A stretch of DNA of 64,000 nucleotides from Paraspadella gotoi (taxonomy: Eukaryota > Animalia > Chaetognatha). The notes below the pieces were generated by a model. It was not told the origin of the DNA, did no database searches, and saw nothing but the letters and a program-made list of their open reading frames with translations. Each line of letters begins with the position of its first letter. Within the stretch, counting starts at the first letter, position 1. The position numbers and the translations under genes are program-made. Below, in pieces: positions 24,141 to 37,600 of this stretch. Where the stretch lies: NCBI GenBank assembly GCA_051294375.1, contig CM119263.1, positions 22,904,833 to 22,968,832 on the forward strand. Direction: 5' to 3'.

Positions 24141-25949
24141 TATTCATTCATTCAATACGAGCTATCTTGCCCCTAATCTCCAATGTACACTGTCCATTGG
24201 CCAGGCCAGCCCATTATTTAATCTCATCCCTTCATCGAATAATCCCTATTTCTCTCCCCATCCGAGCAACTGGTAAGCGCGCGTCGTAAACAAAAACTCT
24301 CTTTTGCCCAAGAGGTCGTCAGATCAAGACCTTTGCCCTCTATTTTTTTTTTATGGCGTCGTTTGTTGAAAAGATAAACGCTCTCCCTCTTTTATATGTT
24401 ACGTTGTCTCTTATACGTGACGCTGAGGAATCACGATCGGAAAAGAATTATATGAGAAATACGTTATTGAGAGTTTTGTAACTATATATATCTTACACAG
24501 ACCCTTGCCCAGGCCTTTCCTATCTCTATCTCTTTATCTCTCTCACTCTCTAACTCTCTATCTCTCTCTCTATCTCTCTAAGCACTCTCTTCTCTCTTCG
24601 ATGTCTATTTTTATTTCTAGGATTTCACCAGAATAGACTCGATGATAAAAGTATCTTTTAGGTTTTTAAGGTTTTCGATTCCCAGAACTTCATATTTGAT
24701 ACTTTTATCGAATTCTGTTTTCCCTACTACATCCGGTTTAGGAAGCTTTTCAACCGAATCTGCTTGTTTAACTTTCTTTATCCGCAATATTTTACGTTTT
24801 TTTTTTTTTTATGGTTTTTCTTAATTACTTTTGGTTTTCGTCCTTCGTATTCTGCCTCCTCGGGAGCTTTCGTCGTTTCCTCTTTTTTCCTCCTCTTTAT
24901 TCACTTCAGATTCAATCCTCCTTCTGCCCCTTCCACACGTTACACTATACACATTCCAGCAGTCTTCAACTTTCACTCCCGTTATTACTTCTACCACTCC
25001 CTGCCTTCTCTTTAAGTTCTACACCTGTTAATCATTTTCTTCACTCTTTAAGTACTCCTCCTGCGCCGGTTCTGTTTCACTCCCACCACTTAATCCACCT
25101 ACCTGTTATATCGCTCACCTTCCGATCCACGCCCTCATCCAACTTCTCACTCCAACTTTCACTCATTCACCCCACTACACGTCACCGCAACCACAAATTG
25201 AAACCTAAAAAAAAAAAAGTCGCCTCGTCGGCGAAAAAAACGTCGGACAATAATCCGACGTGGCGAAAAAAGGGCGAGGTCGGGGGTCAGGATCGAGGCG
25301 CTGATATTTTCCGAATCGGTTGATCGCCGATCGAAAAAATTGGGTCTCAGGAAAGTTTATTGGGCGGAAGGTTGGTTACTAGAATGGATCTCTTGAAAAA
25401 AAAAAGCTATTTAATAATAATTATATTGTATATTGTATAATAGTTAAAATATCAAATATCATATTGTTAGAAGAACTGAATCAGAAAATACAATTCATCT
25501 ATACTTGTTTTCTCTTATGCAATAATAAAATTTTTCAAAATAGTTTAAAAAAAAATTATTGTGTTTCATGTTCTTCACAAAAAGTTGGACTAAAAATAGA
25601 AAAAAATGTTAGCAAAAATTATGTTGTGTTCAAAGTCGAAAGTTGATAAAAAAGTTGATAATAAAATTTAAATCTTCTCTTTTTCACCATCTGTAGTGGG
25701 AACTATTTTTCGCCGATAAATAAAAGTTTCTCAATTTATGAACCGAATTTTAATCTGCTCTTGTGAATGAAAAGAAAATTTTCAAATTGTGTGAATTTAC
25801 AAATAAAATGCGATTACTGCTTTTTTTAATCTGACTACGTAAATTTTGCCATTTGCATAGCCCCACCCTAATCGTTAGGGGATTGGAGGTGGGAAATCGG
25901 GGAAATAAAAATTGGAAAAACGAAAAGATTTACGGTCGTATTTGAATTA

Positions 25950-26652
25950 CACGGATTTGAAATGGGAGTGAAATGAAAAGATCAAATACTGTGGCTGAAT
26001 AATTTGTTATAGCAACTTCAGATTTTGCACTCTGGTAGAAAAATCACTAACGTTTTTTATTTTTTAATTCCCAGTAGTCCAGCTTGCTTACTTTCTTAGT
26101 TATGTGCTCATCAATGGCATGGTCGAATTTCGAAAAAGGATTTTTTTTGCATTTGAAAAGGACCTTTTTATTGTAAGATATATTTTTATAAAAAAAATGA
26201 AATGTTAAAAAAAATTGGTTCTGATGAACGGGGTTTTCCGTCTCTTGCTTACTCTTCAGAGAGTATTAATAACAGAAAGTATTTTATAGAAAGTATCTTC
26301 CAAAAAAAATAAGAAAAAAACAATAATATGGCAAGTTTTTATTGCCTCAATAAACCTTGAAATATATTAATAAAAATTTTTTTACATGCTCCCTAGATAT
26401 TATACTAACTAATAAATATAAAAAAAATAAAATATTTGGCTCAATTTTTTTATAATGAGTTTAAAATAAGAGGGGACAAATGTTATAAAAAAAGCACACC
26501 AGTTGTTATAATATAAAGTATTATTAATTTGCTATATAGGAACATAAATGTCAGGAAATTTATTAACTAAGGAAATGAACTAATATTAATCATATTCAGT
26601 CAGTTAAGAATTATCACAACTCTTTTCATTTCACTCCCATTTGAAATCCGTG
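25950..26652. mobile_element. TA-flanked MITE with ~31-bp TIRs (CACGGATTT...)
   Basis: TA|CACGGATTTGAAATGGGAGTGAAATGAAAAGA ... TCTTTTCATTTCACTCCCATTTGAAATCCGTG|TA. A related end lies at ~34980-35103. Confidence 0.75.
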
Positions 26653-28886
26653 TAGATAAGAGAAAAGTTTGAGAACGCCGTAGGTTCGTCAAAAGTAAAC
26701 CTCAAGCGTGAATGTGATTCGCGATCCAGTCGCTCACCGTATTTCTTTTTTAAAAACGACAAAGCAAAAAAAAAAAAAAACCTCTTTGTTCCCTGCCGAT
26801 TGTATAGAAATGGCATCATATCACGGATAAACGACGTTTTGGTCGTCGTCGTCGTCGTCGTTTTTGTCGATTTTGTCATCGCCATCGACGTAGCGTCGTT
26901 TAACGCCAGGGGGGGCGGTGGAAGGGGGGAAAAGGGGGGGAGGAGCGCAGTCAGCGGGTTTCTTTCGCGGGAAACGATAAAAAGAAAGTAGAAAGGAAGA
27001 ACTAAAAAAATTTTAAGAATAAAAAATGGAGAAAAGGGGAGTTAAAAAAAAATATCAAGTGCCTTTTTTTTTGCGAAATAAATTTCGAACAATTTTTATA
27101 AATACGACGTCGGAAAACCAAATAAAAATTTTTCACCTTAAGCATAGAAAATATTATTTTCTAGACGAGAATCTCGATTTAAAAAAAAATTATATTAGAG
27201 AGTTCCGTTCAAATCTGACTACCCAAATTGCAAACGCGATTGCCAGAAATTCCGGTAGAAAACATTTGTAAAAACGCAGGATTCCGATAGAGTTTCATCT
27301 GAAGAGCTTGTCCATTCGTTTTATTGCATTTGATAAAGGATTTGATATCAAACAAGCCAGGGGAATTTCAGAGAATTTTCAAACCTCATTTTTACTATAA
27401 AATGAACGGGAAAGTTTACAAACTTAAAATTGCAAACGGGATTGAAGTCCAGTTACAATGAGAGACTTCGAATTTCGCGACTTCCGATAGCTTTGTGTCT
27501 GAAGAGCTTGTCATAATATTCTTTTTTCATTTTATATTGATTTTGACATAAAATGATCAGGTTTAAATGAAATAGTCCGGTTTGAATCACGAAATTTTTA
27601 TTTTGAAAAAAAAAATTAGCCACCGGATTTATAAATTTGTAAGCGGCAGTCAGAATCGGCGAAAATAATAAAAGGCAAACAAGTTGAAAAAGAAGGGGGA
27701 AATTTTGATACTTTTTTAGAGTTTTCTCCACGATAAGAGGTCCAATTAAGAAGATACTTAGGATTTACAATATTGACGTCATTCCGATCTGAGAATATAC
27801 AAAAACTACCATTGGCTTCTTCTTTTATAGTCATCTATCGACTATACATTCTGCAAAACTAAACTCGTCATTTACCGGCAATGGCAGTTGAACTTCTGAT
27901 TAGTGCACCTTGTGTCTTTAATATTGCGCAATATCTTACCTTTAAATCATAAATTAAAGTTCAGATTTGATAATCACTAAATAAGGATTTTTTAATAATA
28001 TCTATCTCTTGAGCGCAACCAACGGAATCGGCATTCTACGCTTCAATTTGAACCGAATTCGTACTAACTCCTTTTAAAAATCATTTTAAGTACGCGTTCC
28101 ATCCATCATTCATTCATTGTGGCAATCTTGAGATTCCCCGCAGTCAGGATAATCCGTTGGAACCCGCTATTTTTGCAAATCGGATGGAATGGTAAAAAAT
28201 TGACGGGTGACCAATATGCAGCTTCAAGGCTACCAGTGCTTATCGAAGATTTTCCAGCCTTTCCTGGAAAACCATTCCAAAGCCTATATTAATAATATTT
28301 TTTATTTAGAACAAAAATATATTAGGGATTCGTTGTTAAACAATCTTATACTTATATTCAGAGGCGAAAAAAAACTTCTAAAAGTCTAAATGGTTTTCGA
28401 TTTCTCAAAAGAACTCGCATTTGCAAAATATTTAAAATACATTACGAGATATATTTTATTTTTTATTTATAAAAAAAATAAGTTAGTACGGCAGGTTATT
28501 TCTGTTAAGCTCTGCTTATTTTTTTTTTTTTACTTCTTTTCCCCCAAAAGCAGGAGATTAATTTTCAGCGACTCTAACCACTCGTCAAGGCATTGATTGA
28601 AAAAAACGCCAAAAACCGAGATCTAAAGCAAGAGGGGACGATGGAAATGAAGATAGCTCCCCGAAAAAAAATTGCGGTTACAAATATTGCGCTAAATAAA
28701 AATGAGGTATATGAGATGGTTTTAAAAGTATAGCGGAAAAGTAGAAATGCAGTATATAAAATGGCGAGTAATAAAATGATACTAAATAGTATAGTATCTA
28801 AGAAGATGGCGTTAAAGGGGATAACAATAAAAAAGATGGCGGCAAAGAAAATGGCAACAAAGAAGATGGCGATTTTTATAAGATGG

Positions 28887-29348
28887 TGAAGAGAATTGTT
28901 ATGAGTTAGTGACAAAACCGTTCAATATCAACGAAGGAAATAGGCGTGGTTATTACGGGAGAAATAGGAGTTTTATTGACATAAGACAACGTTGGGATGA
29001 TGATAATTAACATAAGTAACATAAGTAGATTATGCAGAGAAAAAGGCAGGCAATAAACAATATAACAAATAGTTCATGTCTTCATGAGGAGTTTGATGTT
29101 AGTTTCTTGAAGGTAAGTTAATCAGAAAAAAAGACGGAGAAGCCAAGAGAGGCAGGCACTTGTTAATCCATTCTCAGCATTTATATAATCAGACAGTAAC
29201 ACCGTGTTACAGGAGGGAAAAGCGGCGCGTCCCTCTTAACTGCAAGGCGACCACCGGGCTTGAAGCCCGGTCCTTTGGGATGGGAGGCGAATGAAATGCC
29301 TGTTGCACCACTGATGAACTTTAGTCTGATGCATTTTAGTCTACCATA
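28887..29348 (-). mobile_element. Solo LTR of the tRNA-containing TRIM family 1 (diverged, with insertion ~28930-29182)
   Basis: TGAAGAG...GTTAGTGACAAAACCGTTCAATAT and ...CCACCGGGCTTGAAGCCCGG...TTTTAGTCTACCATA match the LTR. ATGG occurs on both sides (28883-28886 and 29349-29352). Confidence 0.82.
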
Positions 29349-30228
29349 ATGGCTACGAATAAAAAAGATTGAAAAACAGATGGAAAAGAAGATAAGGAAT
29401 ATAAGAAAGTAAAATGGGGGAGAAATGATCAAACGATAAAAAAGACAAAAAACGTTTGCGAAACGAACGCGAAACGATTAATGGCGAAATGAAAAATACG
29501 AAAAAGGTTAAGATGGCAAAGAAGAAAATGAGGTAAGAAAAGATACAAAATCAAAATTGGATCGAATGGCAAAAAGTGAACGCGCGAATGAATAGAAGAT
29601 GATAGAATAATAAATTATAAAAGTTGAAGACAACGAATGAGAAATAAAAGAAAAATCGAGCAAAAAAGTCGTAGTAGAGAAATGTATTTGATGTCAAAAA
29701 TTGGAGACGAGTTAAACCGAAGATTTATCGTATAAAGAAAGACTCAAGTGTAGAGAATTCATCAAAGGACCTTATTTCGCTCAATATGTTTATTTAAAAA
29801 AAAGTTGTTTATTAAAAATATTACAAAGCTTATTTTTATTGAATTGTGTTTGATTCTCTTCCAAACCACAGGCTTTTTCAACGGTTCCACTTTGGAGGCA
29901 CACTTAAGGGTGACGACGACGAGAACCTTCAGGGCGCTACTGCTCATTTCCGGTGCCGACGACGAGGGACTCTGGGGTCAGTTTTCCCCAGTGACGGCCC
30001 GAGGATGGAGCGCTAATGATAACCAGATTTTAAACCGTCCCTGAGCGTCTTACTATAGGAAGCCCCCCGCCGTAACGTTTGTCGGATTTTTTTGGTAGCG
30101 AATACCATCTGTTTTTGTCAGTTTTCCGTTTGTGACTTTTAAAAAGAAGACTTTTCTCTTTCACTTAGACTTCGACTCTGCCCCAAAAAAAATCAGGTCG
30201 AAATCGAATGAACCTCGAGTCCTTCCTT

Positions 30229-30563
30229 TAGTTGCGCCGCGAGTAGTCGCGGAGCAACTCTATAAGTCACTTTTCGGTCGGTCTGACGGTCCGTCGGTCT
30301 GTCCCACTTACATTAAAAATGCATATAATTTGCCTATTGCTGGTTGCTCATTAGTTAAAACCGAAAAAACCTCAAATCTAAGTGACTGCTAACACCGCCT
30401 TTAGGAATTCCAAAAAGCTGTAAGGAATAAAAGACGGAATTTTGATTCAGTGCATATTCTAAATCCACGGGCCAAATTTTTTTTCTAGTCATGACATATC
30501 AAGGGAAATATGCATGAAATTAAAATCACTGCGGCGCAACACATTGGAATTACCGTTCTTGTT
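30229..30563 (+). mobile_element. HINE family B, full-length copy
   Basis: 5' hairpin AGTTGCGCCGCGAGTAGTCGCGGAGCAACT, GTCG/GTCT microsatellite, 3' subTIR TGCGGCGCAAC followed by GAATTACCGTTCTTGTT. Confidence 0.78.
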
Positions 30564-30619
30564 ATCAACACCATGAAAATGCAAAAAAAAAAAAAAAAAA
30601 AAGACGCGTCAATAGTATC

Positions 30620-30985
30620 TGGTTTGTGTCGATTCTTTCTCCAGCTCAAAGTTCGTTTCGCGCTTTTTGCCCCAAATTCTCATTTAACTTCAATAAAGTC
30701 TAATTTATTACCTCTGCATTATTTCTCCTCTTAGCTTTCATTTTCTTTTCCCTCCTGTATCTCTCAATCTGAGTAAAAAACTTCAGCTGTCCTCATTCTC
30801 TAATTGTTACCTTTCCCTCAATTCTTTGTTGGAAGCTTTATCTCTCTGTTCTCTCACTTTCTCTCTCTCTCTGTATCTCTGTATCTCTCTCTCTCTCTCT
30901 CTCTCTCTCACTGAACGAAATGACGTTCGAAACATGTTTGCCAAATAATAAATAAATTCATTGTGAAAATCCTATTTTTGTTTTA
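30620..30985 (+). mobile_element. Degenerate PLE pLTR remnant with a decayed hammerhead
   Basis: TCAATTCTTTGTTGGAA, a CT-rich tract and GAACG-loop-CGTTC-GAAACATGT...AATAAA parallel 19960-20130. Confidence 0.55.
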
Positions 30986-31571
30986 TCTAAATCATCTAAA
31001 TCAATCTCAACCAACGAAATGAAAGAAAAACCAACATGAAAAAATATTCTAAGATTTCTATTCTATAGACTATAAGAATTCTAAGAGCGACGTAGACTGC
31101 TAAAAATATTTTTTTTGATTCTTCGGGGAATCCTAAGATTATTTCTTGATCTTGTTTTTGCCTTTGTGTCTTTTTTTCCAATGTTCCTCTGAAAAAATCC
31201 TTTCTTTTTTTTTCCCGAAAGATTTGTAGTGTAAAAACTCAGATAATTAAATACTCAAATGCGCTCTCGGCATCACTCAACGAGCGCAAAAAAAAAAAAA
31301 AAATATCACTTCATTTTTTCTTCCTTTTTTCGCCTCAGGCTTTTGATACATACATATATAGGCTATAGTTTCTCATTCTTGATTGAAAATCCTAATGACT
31401 ACCAAGAAAGTCTCTATTTCCAGCGCCGGAGGTAAGTAAGCGAGGGTAAGTGCGCGCGTTCAGCTGCCCTCGACCGCGGTTTATTGAGGTAAGTATGTGA
31501 AAACCAGGTAAAGCTTGCCAACTGGGAAAAGTCGTAAAAAACCTGGCGAAGCCGAAGATGCCTGGAGAAAA

Positions 31572-31872
31572 AACAAGAACGGTGATTCAAATGTGTTGCG
31601 CCGCAGTGACTTTATTTTTACGTGTATTTCCCTTTGATCATATGATATGACAAGAGATGAATAAAAAACTTTCTTAGCTCTTGTATTTACGACATGCACT
31701 ACATCAAGTCTTCCTTAGATTTGAAGTTCTTTTCTGTCTTAACAAATGAGCAACCAACTATAGGCGAATTCTATGCATTTTTAATATAAGTGGGATAAAC
31801 CGACGGACAGACAGACCGACAGACCGAAAAGTGACTTATAGAGTTGCTCCGCGAGTACTCTCGGCGCAACTA
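31572..31872 (-). mobile_element. HINE family B copy
   Basis: Reverse complement of 30229-30563 with an internal deletion. Confidence 0.78.
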
Positions 31873-32536
31873 AAAAAAAGGGAAAGAAGGAAACAAGAGC
31901 ATCGATCGAGAAAAAAAGGAAATTCGAATTTCCTCACCTTCTCATATACCTTAAGTTTCCCCATAACGAGAATTTAATTATAGCCACACGAAGATTAGAA
32001 ACAAAAAAAAAAAAAAAAAAAAAAAAAAGAAATGCTACAAAGTGGGCGGGCGAAATAAATTAGAGGAAAAAAAAAATGTCGATAACAAAAAAAAAAAGGA
32101 AAACTTGACAAATTTGTCACATTTGGCCAATCTAAAAATTCGTAAAAGACATTTCCTGGAAAAACATGACAGAAAAATCGATATTTCTTTTTTTTTTTTT
32201 TCGTCGTCCTAATTATTCGTCGTCGTCGAGAACGTCGTCGTCTACCGAGTTTAGGATTATGGTTAAGGATTAGGGGTTAGGGATTGGGTTATGAGTTCGG
32301 TAATAGATATTAATATTAAAATTAAAATTAACATTCAGGGATTACGGAATATAAATAGGGCGCTGTTTTAAAAGAGAGCCCTTTATTGTGTACTCTTAAT
32401 GCTTGGCTTCCCCCGACAAAGGCGTGGGCAGTTCGCAAGCAAAAGACTTTCCCCGGGTTTTCATTTCCCTTTTTAGTAGCTTCGCATCGCCTTTCGTTTA
32501 GGTTAGACGCTAAAAAGTGGGCGTGGCCGGAATTTT

Positions 32537-33662
32537 TAGTCGGATCTGATCATCGGCAGATCCCGACTCTATATACTTTGTGGGTCCGTCGGTCCGCCTC
32601 CTCAATATTCTCGGTCATTCACTTAAATCATGTCAGAACATCGAATTATGATAATTTATGCAAATAAAAATGATGTCCTTCCGTCCGTCTGTCTGTCTAT
32701 CTGTCCATCCGTCCATCCGTTTGTCCCCCTTAGCAAAAACCTCCAATTACTCGTGATTGGATGGATGGATTGAAATGAAATTTTGTATGTGGTTAGGAAA
32801 TTGTGAATGAAGGAATCGTGCGAGTGGAAATGGGTTTAAATGGAAAAAAACATAGGTCACATTTACTAAAATTATCTTTTAACCCATAATTACTCTAATT
32901 AATTATAATTGAATGGATAAATTGAGATGAGATTTTGTGTGTGGGTGCTGGGTAGAAAAGTGTGTGACAAAGCTGGATATAAAGTTTCAATGGAATCGCG
33001 CAAGTGGAAATGAGTTTAAATGAAAAAAATATAAGTCACATTTACATGAATCTTTTTACTAATTTTAGCCCATTATTACTCGAATTAATCATAATTGAAT
33101 GGATGTAATGAGATAAAATTTTGTGTGTGGGTAGGAAAGTGTGTGACTGAGCAGGACATAAAGTTCCGATGGAATCAAGGAGTGGAAATGAGTTTGCAAG
33201 GAAAAAACAAAGTCAAGTTGACATGAATTTTTTTTATTTATGCTTACTAATAAATATTTAATTATTTTATTAATTAATTTAATTTAATTAATTTAATTAT
33301 TTAATTAATTAATTAATTAATTAAAAAATTAATTAATTAAAGTGAAAAAAATGATGCAAGTTGAAAAAATGATGCAAGTTAAGAAAATGATGCAAGTTAA
33401 AAAAATGATGCAAGTTAAAAAAATGACGCAATAATAGTTAAAAAAATTAATTGTTTGTAATTTTGTACCGTAGTAACAGTTCAGTTTAATCCCTTGCAAG
33501 CGATTTACATGTATTGGCGAATGCATTGGTTTGGTATGGTATTATCTGTTATGATCAGTCATGATCAAAAATTGAAAGAATTATCGTGATTTATCATCTG
33601 ATTAGCAAATTACCGCTTAATTATCATAGGCAGATCCGACATTGTTTGCTCAAACTTGTTTT
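32537..33662 (+). mobile_element. HINE family A copy with central tandem repeats
   Basis: Start TAGTCGGATCTG...GCAGATCCCGACT, GTCC microsatellite, about three ~180-bp internal repeats, an 18-bp AAAAATGATGCAAGTT array, and end GCAGATCCGACATTGTTTGCTCAAACTTGTT. Confidence 0.8.
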
Positions 33663-33686
33663 TTTATTCCTTCTTCGTTTCTTTTT

Positions 33687-33920
33687 TAGTCGCGCCGCGA
33701 GTGCTCGCTAAACTTCACTATGACTATTGAGTTACTTTTTGGTCGGTCGCTGAACGTATCTATCTGAATAGGAATTTTTTTTTACTTTTGATCCGTCTAT
33801 CTGCCAGTTCATCGGTTTATATATGCATTAAATACTCACAACATGTGGATTTATTTGATCTTTGATAAATGCACATAAGAAAATCATTGCGGCGCAAGAC
33901 CTTGAACTTACTGGTTCTTC
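33687..33920 (+). mobile_element. Diverged HINE family B copy
   Basis: Start TAGTCGCGCCGCGAG and 3' subTIR TGCGGCGCAA. Confidence 0.55.
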
Positions 33921-34099
33921 TTTTCTTACAACCTTCACCTCTCCTGGTTTTAATTTAACCCCCCGCCTCTTCCTCTTCCTATTTCTCTTTCTCTTCATCT
34001 TCCTTTTCCTCCTTCGATCGCTCATCATGATTCTCCGCCTCTCGCTATCCCGCCACGACTTATTTTACCGGGACCCCCTTGCTTTCCACTGCGTCTAAA

Positions 34100-34310
34100 C
34101 GTGATCATTATTATCTTCATCGATCATGATCGTCGTGATCATTATCATGATCATGATCATGATCATGATCATGATCATGATCATCATCATCATCATCATC
34201 ATCTCATTCTCATCATCATCATTATTCCTTCATGAAGATTAACATCATCACCATCATCATCATAACTGTTATCATCATCATCTTCATTTCTCATGATCAC
34301 GATCATCATT
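34100..34310. repeat. (ATC)n/(GATCAT)n microsatellite
   Basis: Directly visible. Confidence 0.9.
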
Positions 34311-34577
34311 ATAATTAGATTCCCGAATATTCTCCCAAATCTGGTGAGCCTCATTTTCACTGACAGCCAAAGACAGAGATTTCCTGATCAAATTGGGAGG
34401 AAGCAGAAGGAATGGCGCCGAAAACAAAATGTCAAATATATTGTATTACTATTAGTAGTTGTGGGCGAAAGCAAAGATCATTATTCTTTTCCAATGTTTT
34501 TTCAAAGCTAAAATTTTTTTCTATAAGTTAAGAAAAAGTTTGATTTGTTTTCAACAACGATTTGTTTTTATTTCAAA

Positions 34578-34620
34578 AACGTACATGTTTCGTCTTTTTA
34601 TTCAAGCCTTCATCAGCGCC
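34578..34620 (-). ncRNA. Minimal hammerhead ribozyme, minus-strand arm (stem II mismatched)
   Basis: Minus strand GGCG-CTGATGA-AGGCTTGAATAAAAAGAC-GAAACATGTA-CGTT. Confidence 0.65.
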
Positions 34621-34646
34621 AAAAGTGGTTTTAAAAATTAACAGAT

Positions 34647-34689
34647 GGCGCTGATGAAGGCTTGAATAAAAGGCCGAAACATGTACGTT
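34647..34689 (+). ncRNA. Minimal type I hammerhead ribozyme, plus-strand arm
   Basis: GGCG-CTGATGA(34651-34657)-A-GGCTT..AGGCC-GAAA-CATGTA-CGTT, with a GUA triplet at 34683-34685 and AATAAA downstream. Confidence 0.82.
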
Positions 34690-37600
34690 TTTGAAATAAA
34701 AACAAATCGTTGAAAACAAATCAAACTTTTTCTTAAACACACAACGAAAGAAAGGATTATATACCTAAAAAATGAAAAAGGCTGTCATTGTGGTTGTGGA
34801 CAATTTTTTGACATTCTGATTGCAATATCTATATTTGTAAGAAAAAAAAACAAATTCATCAAAATCTTTTTTTATAGTAATATAGCTTATAAGAGTAAGA
34901 TCCTCTTCAAGTGCAAACATTTTTCTTTTTTGAAATCCAACCATGTCACTGATAAGCCCATAACAAAAATAGTAAGCAAGCTGGACTACTAGGAGAAAAA
35001 CGTCAGCAATTTTATTACCAGGGTGGAAAATCTCAAGTCGCGATAACTAATCATTCAGCCACAGTATTTGATATTTTCATTTCGCTCCAATTTGAAATCC
35101 GTGTTTAAAAATATGTATCGATTTGTCTCAACTGTGAGTGCGAGACGGAAGACAACAAATTCTCTTTGGAGAGACGGAAATAGGATTAGGTGGTTAGCAT
35201 TTGATTTCGGCAAAAGTTGCAATCGAGACACGCGGCTTCTCTTTTACATCCGGGTGGCAGTGGCTGGGAGGCGTGGCACGCAACAAGGAACGCCCGATTC
35301 GAAAAAAAAAGATTCTTTTGTTCGATGGCGTCTTCGAAGACGAACGAGGTTCACGACCGGATGTAATCTAATTCTCGAGATTATCGCTCCTCATCCGGGG
35401 GGCGCTGCGGAGAAAATAGCCGAAAGCGCAGTATACAATTTAGGGTAGAATAGAATTTCTAAAATGACGATGATGATGGGGGAAGGAAACTCTGCCACTA
35501 AGGACTCCTTAGTAAGGAGGCTTTAGAAAAGTGTTTCTAGGGAAGAAAAAAAACAAGCAAATAAACAAATTATTTTCTAAAAGAATTTCAATTCGTGTCA
35601 CGTTTCTCCCTAGGGACGCTTCGATGAGCGTGAATGAGGAGGCAAGAGGCTTAGGTTAATTTAACCAAATCGTCATTTGGTTTAATTCAGTTTGTGAACT
35701 AAAATCGCTGCGTCATTAGTTTCAATTAAATACTAAAACCTAGTTTCTTTACTTTCTATTTTTTGGGTTGATATTTTGTCAAAATCCCAGTCATTCATTG
35801 CATTGGTAGTCAACTAGTCATTTTTTAACAATAGATTTCTCATTTTTTACTGAATGAATTTTTTATTTTGAGAAGCTGCGTGGACAAGATAAGACTCATT
35901 CCAGTCGATATATCTGTCAGTCTTGGTTATTAAAATCCTAGCAGAAGTTCAAATAAGATGATTAAGTAGTTTTCACTAAGTAGTAAAGCACGTTAATTGC
36001 ATTTTCTCCTCCGAGAAAACTCGATTTGTGAATCTATGAATTTGTAAAATCAATGCAAATTTATTCGCTTATTGAAGCGCGAAGATGAAACGCACCAACG
36101 CAAATGGCGATAAAGATAGGAAAGATCGACTCTGGCATCCATGAAGAGTCCCAAGGTTTTTCGTTCGTTTGTTTGTTTTTTTTTATTTATTCATTTATTC
36201 ATTTATTTGTCTTTTTGTTTCGAGCCTCTGAAATCCGACGTAGGACACAATGAAAGATGGCGTAACGTTACTGTTCCGTGCATAAAAAAAATTCACTGTT
36301 CAATATTATTATATTTCTTTTTATTTTTTGAAACATTATAGTTTCATATGTTGATATCCAAAATATCAATGCAAAATCTTTTTTTGTTTTTTAGATATGA
36401 CTGAATATAGGGTGAAAGATGATAAAATTTAAAAAAAAAAATTATTAATACAATTTAACACAATGATGTTTTGCTTTGTCAAATATGTTACCAGCTATAT
36501 AATTTTTTACAACTTTATTATGATAAACAAGCAGTGTGTCAAGCTTTTAGTTTGCAGTTAAAGATAATGAAAAATGACGATTTTTTTTTCACAGACAAGA
36601 AGGTAGATGTCCATACTGTTTATATCAAGCTGAAAACATTTTTGTATTTATCATTTTTAATATTTAAAAATATATTTTATCAAGCTACAACATAAATTTT
36701 TGCTTGTTTTTTACTTTAACTGAAAAATATAAGCAATTTTATGGAATAAAAAAAATTTAATAATAAACAAAATGTAATTCAGTCTTTCCTTTTTCAAATT
36801 ACAAAAGAAAAAGAAAAAATTTTATATGTCTTCGTTGAAATTTTTAAAGCAAAAAACTGTTATACTTTTAACTCCGATTTAAACAAAAGCTGTGTAAAGA
36901 TTTATGGATTTCATTTAATAAAACTTTTTTAGAAAGGTGTCCCATGTTTAGGGCTTTAATTTGATACCACATCCACCTTGCTACCTTTTTTCTTTCAAAA
37001 GTTATTTAAAAAAATAACTTTTTTTAAATTACGCAGTACAAATCTTTGTTAAATAAAAATTTCGGCAAAGCGGGAGTATCTCACTTATTTCTATTGGTAC
37101 AATACTTAAATTTCAAAATAAAACTTGAAAAAAATTTTTTTGTCATTTAGAGACATATCACTTTCAGTTGTACCCATTTATTTCCCCCAAAAAAGCCTAA
37201 TTAGAAAAGTTGAAATTTTTTCAAATTGTTAGGAAAACAATTTTGTCCGACCTATGCTGGCATAGAAAATCAAAATATCAAAAAAATAAAAAAATCAGCC
37301 TCTAGAAAAATCGAAAGGCTAGAGGCTGATTTTTATAAAATTGCAAAATTATTTTCCTGACTCATAATCCATTATTCTCAAGTTTCAAAATATTTTTTTC
37401 CAAAATCATTCAATCAATTTTTTAAAATTAATTTAAAATGTTTTTATGATGTTGTTTTCGTTTGAAAGAATTGAAAAAAAATGAAAAATATAATAATTAT
37501 ATAAGGTTTTTGAAAATACCTTTAAAATATTAAATAATTAGACACAAGGGGAGTAAGCAGAAAAAACTTCCCATTCATAAAAAAAATTGAAAATAAATTT

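Noticed and set aside
32250-32295. TTAGGG-like telomeric sequence (also ~49065-49095)
   Set aside because: It is too short and degenerate to call an interstitial telomere.
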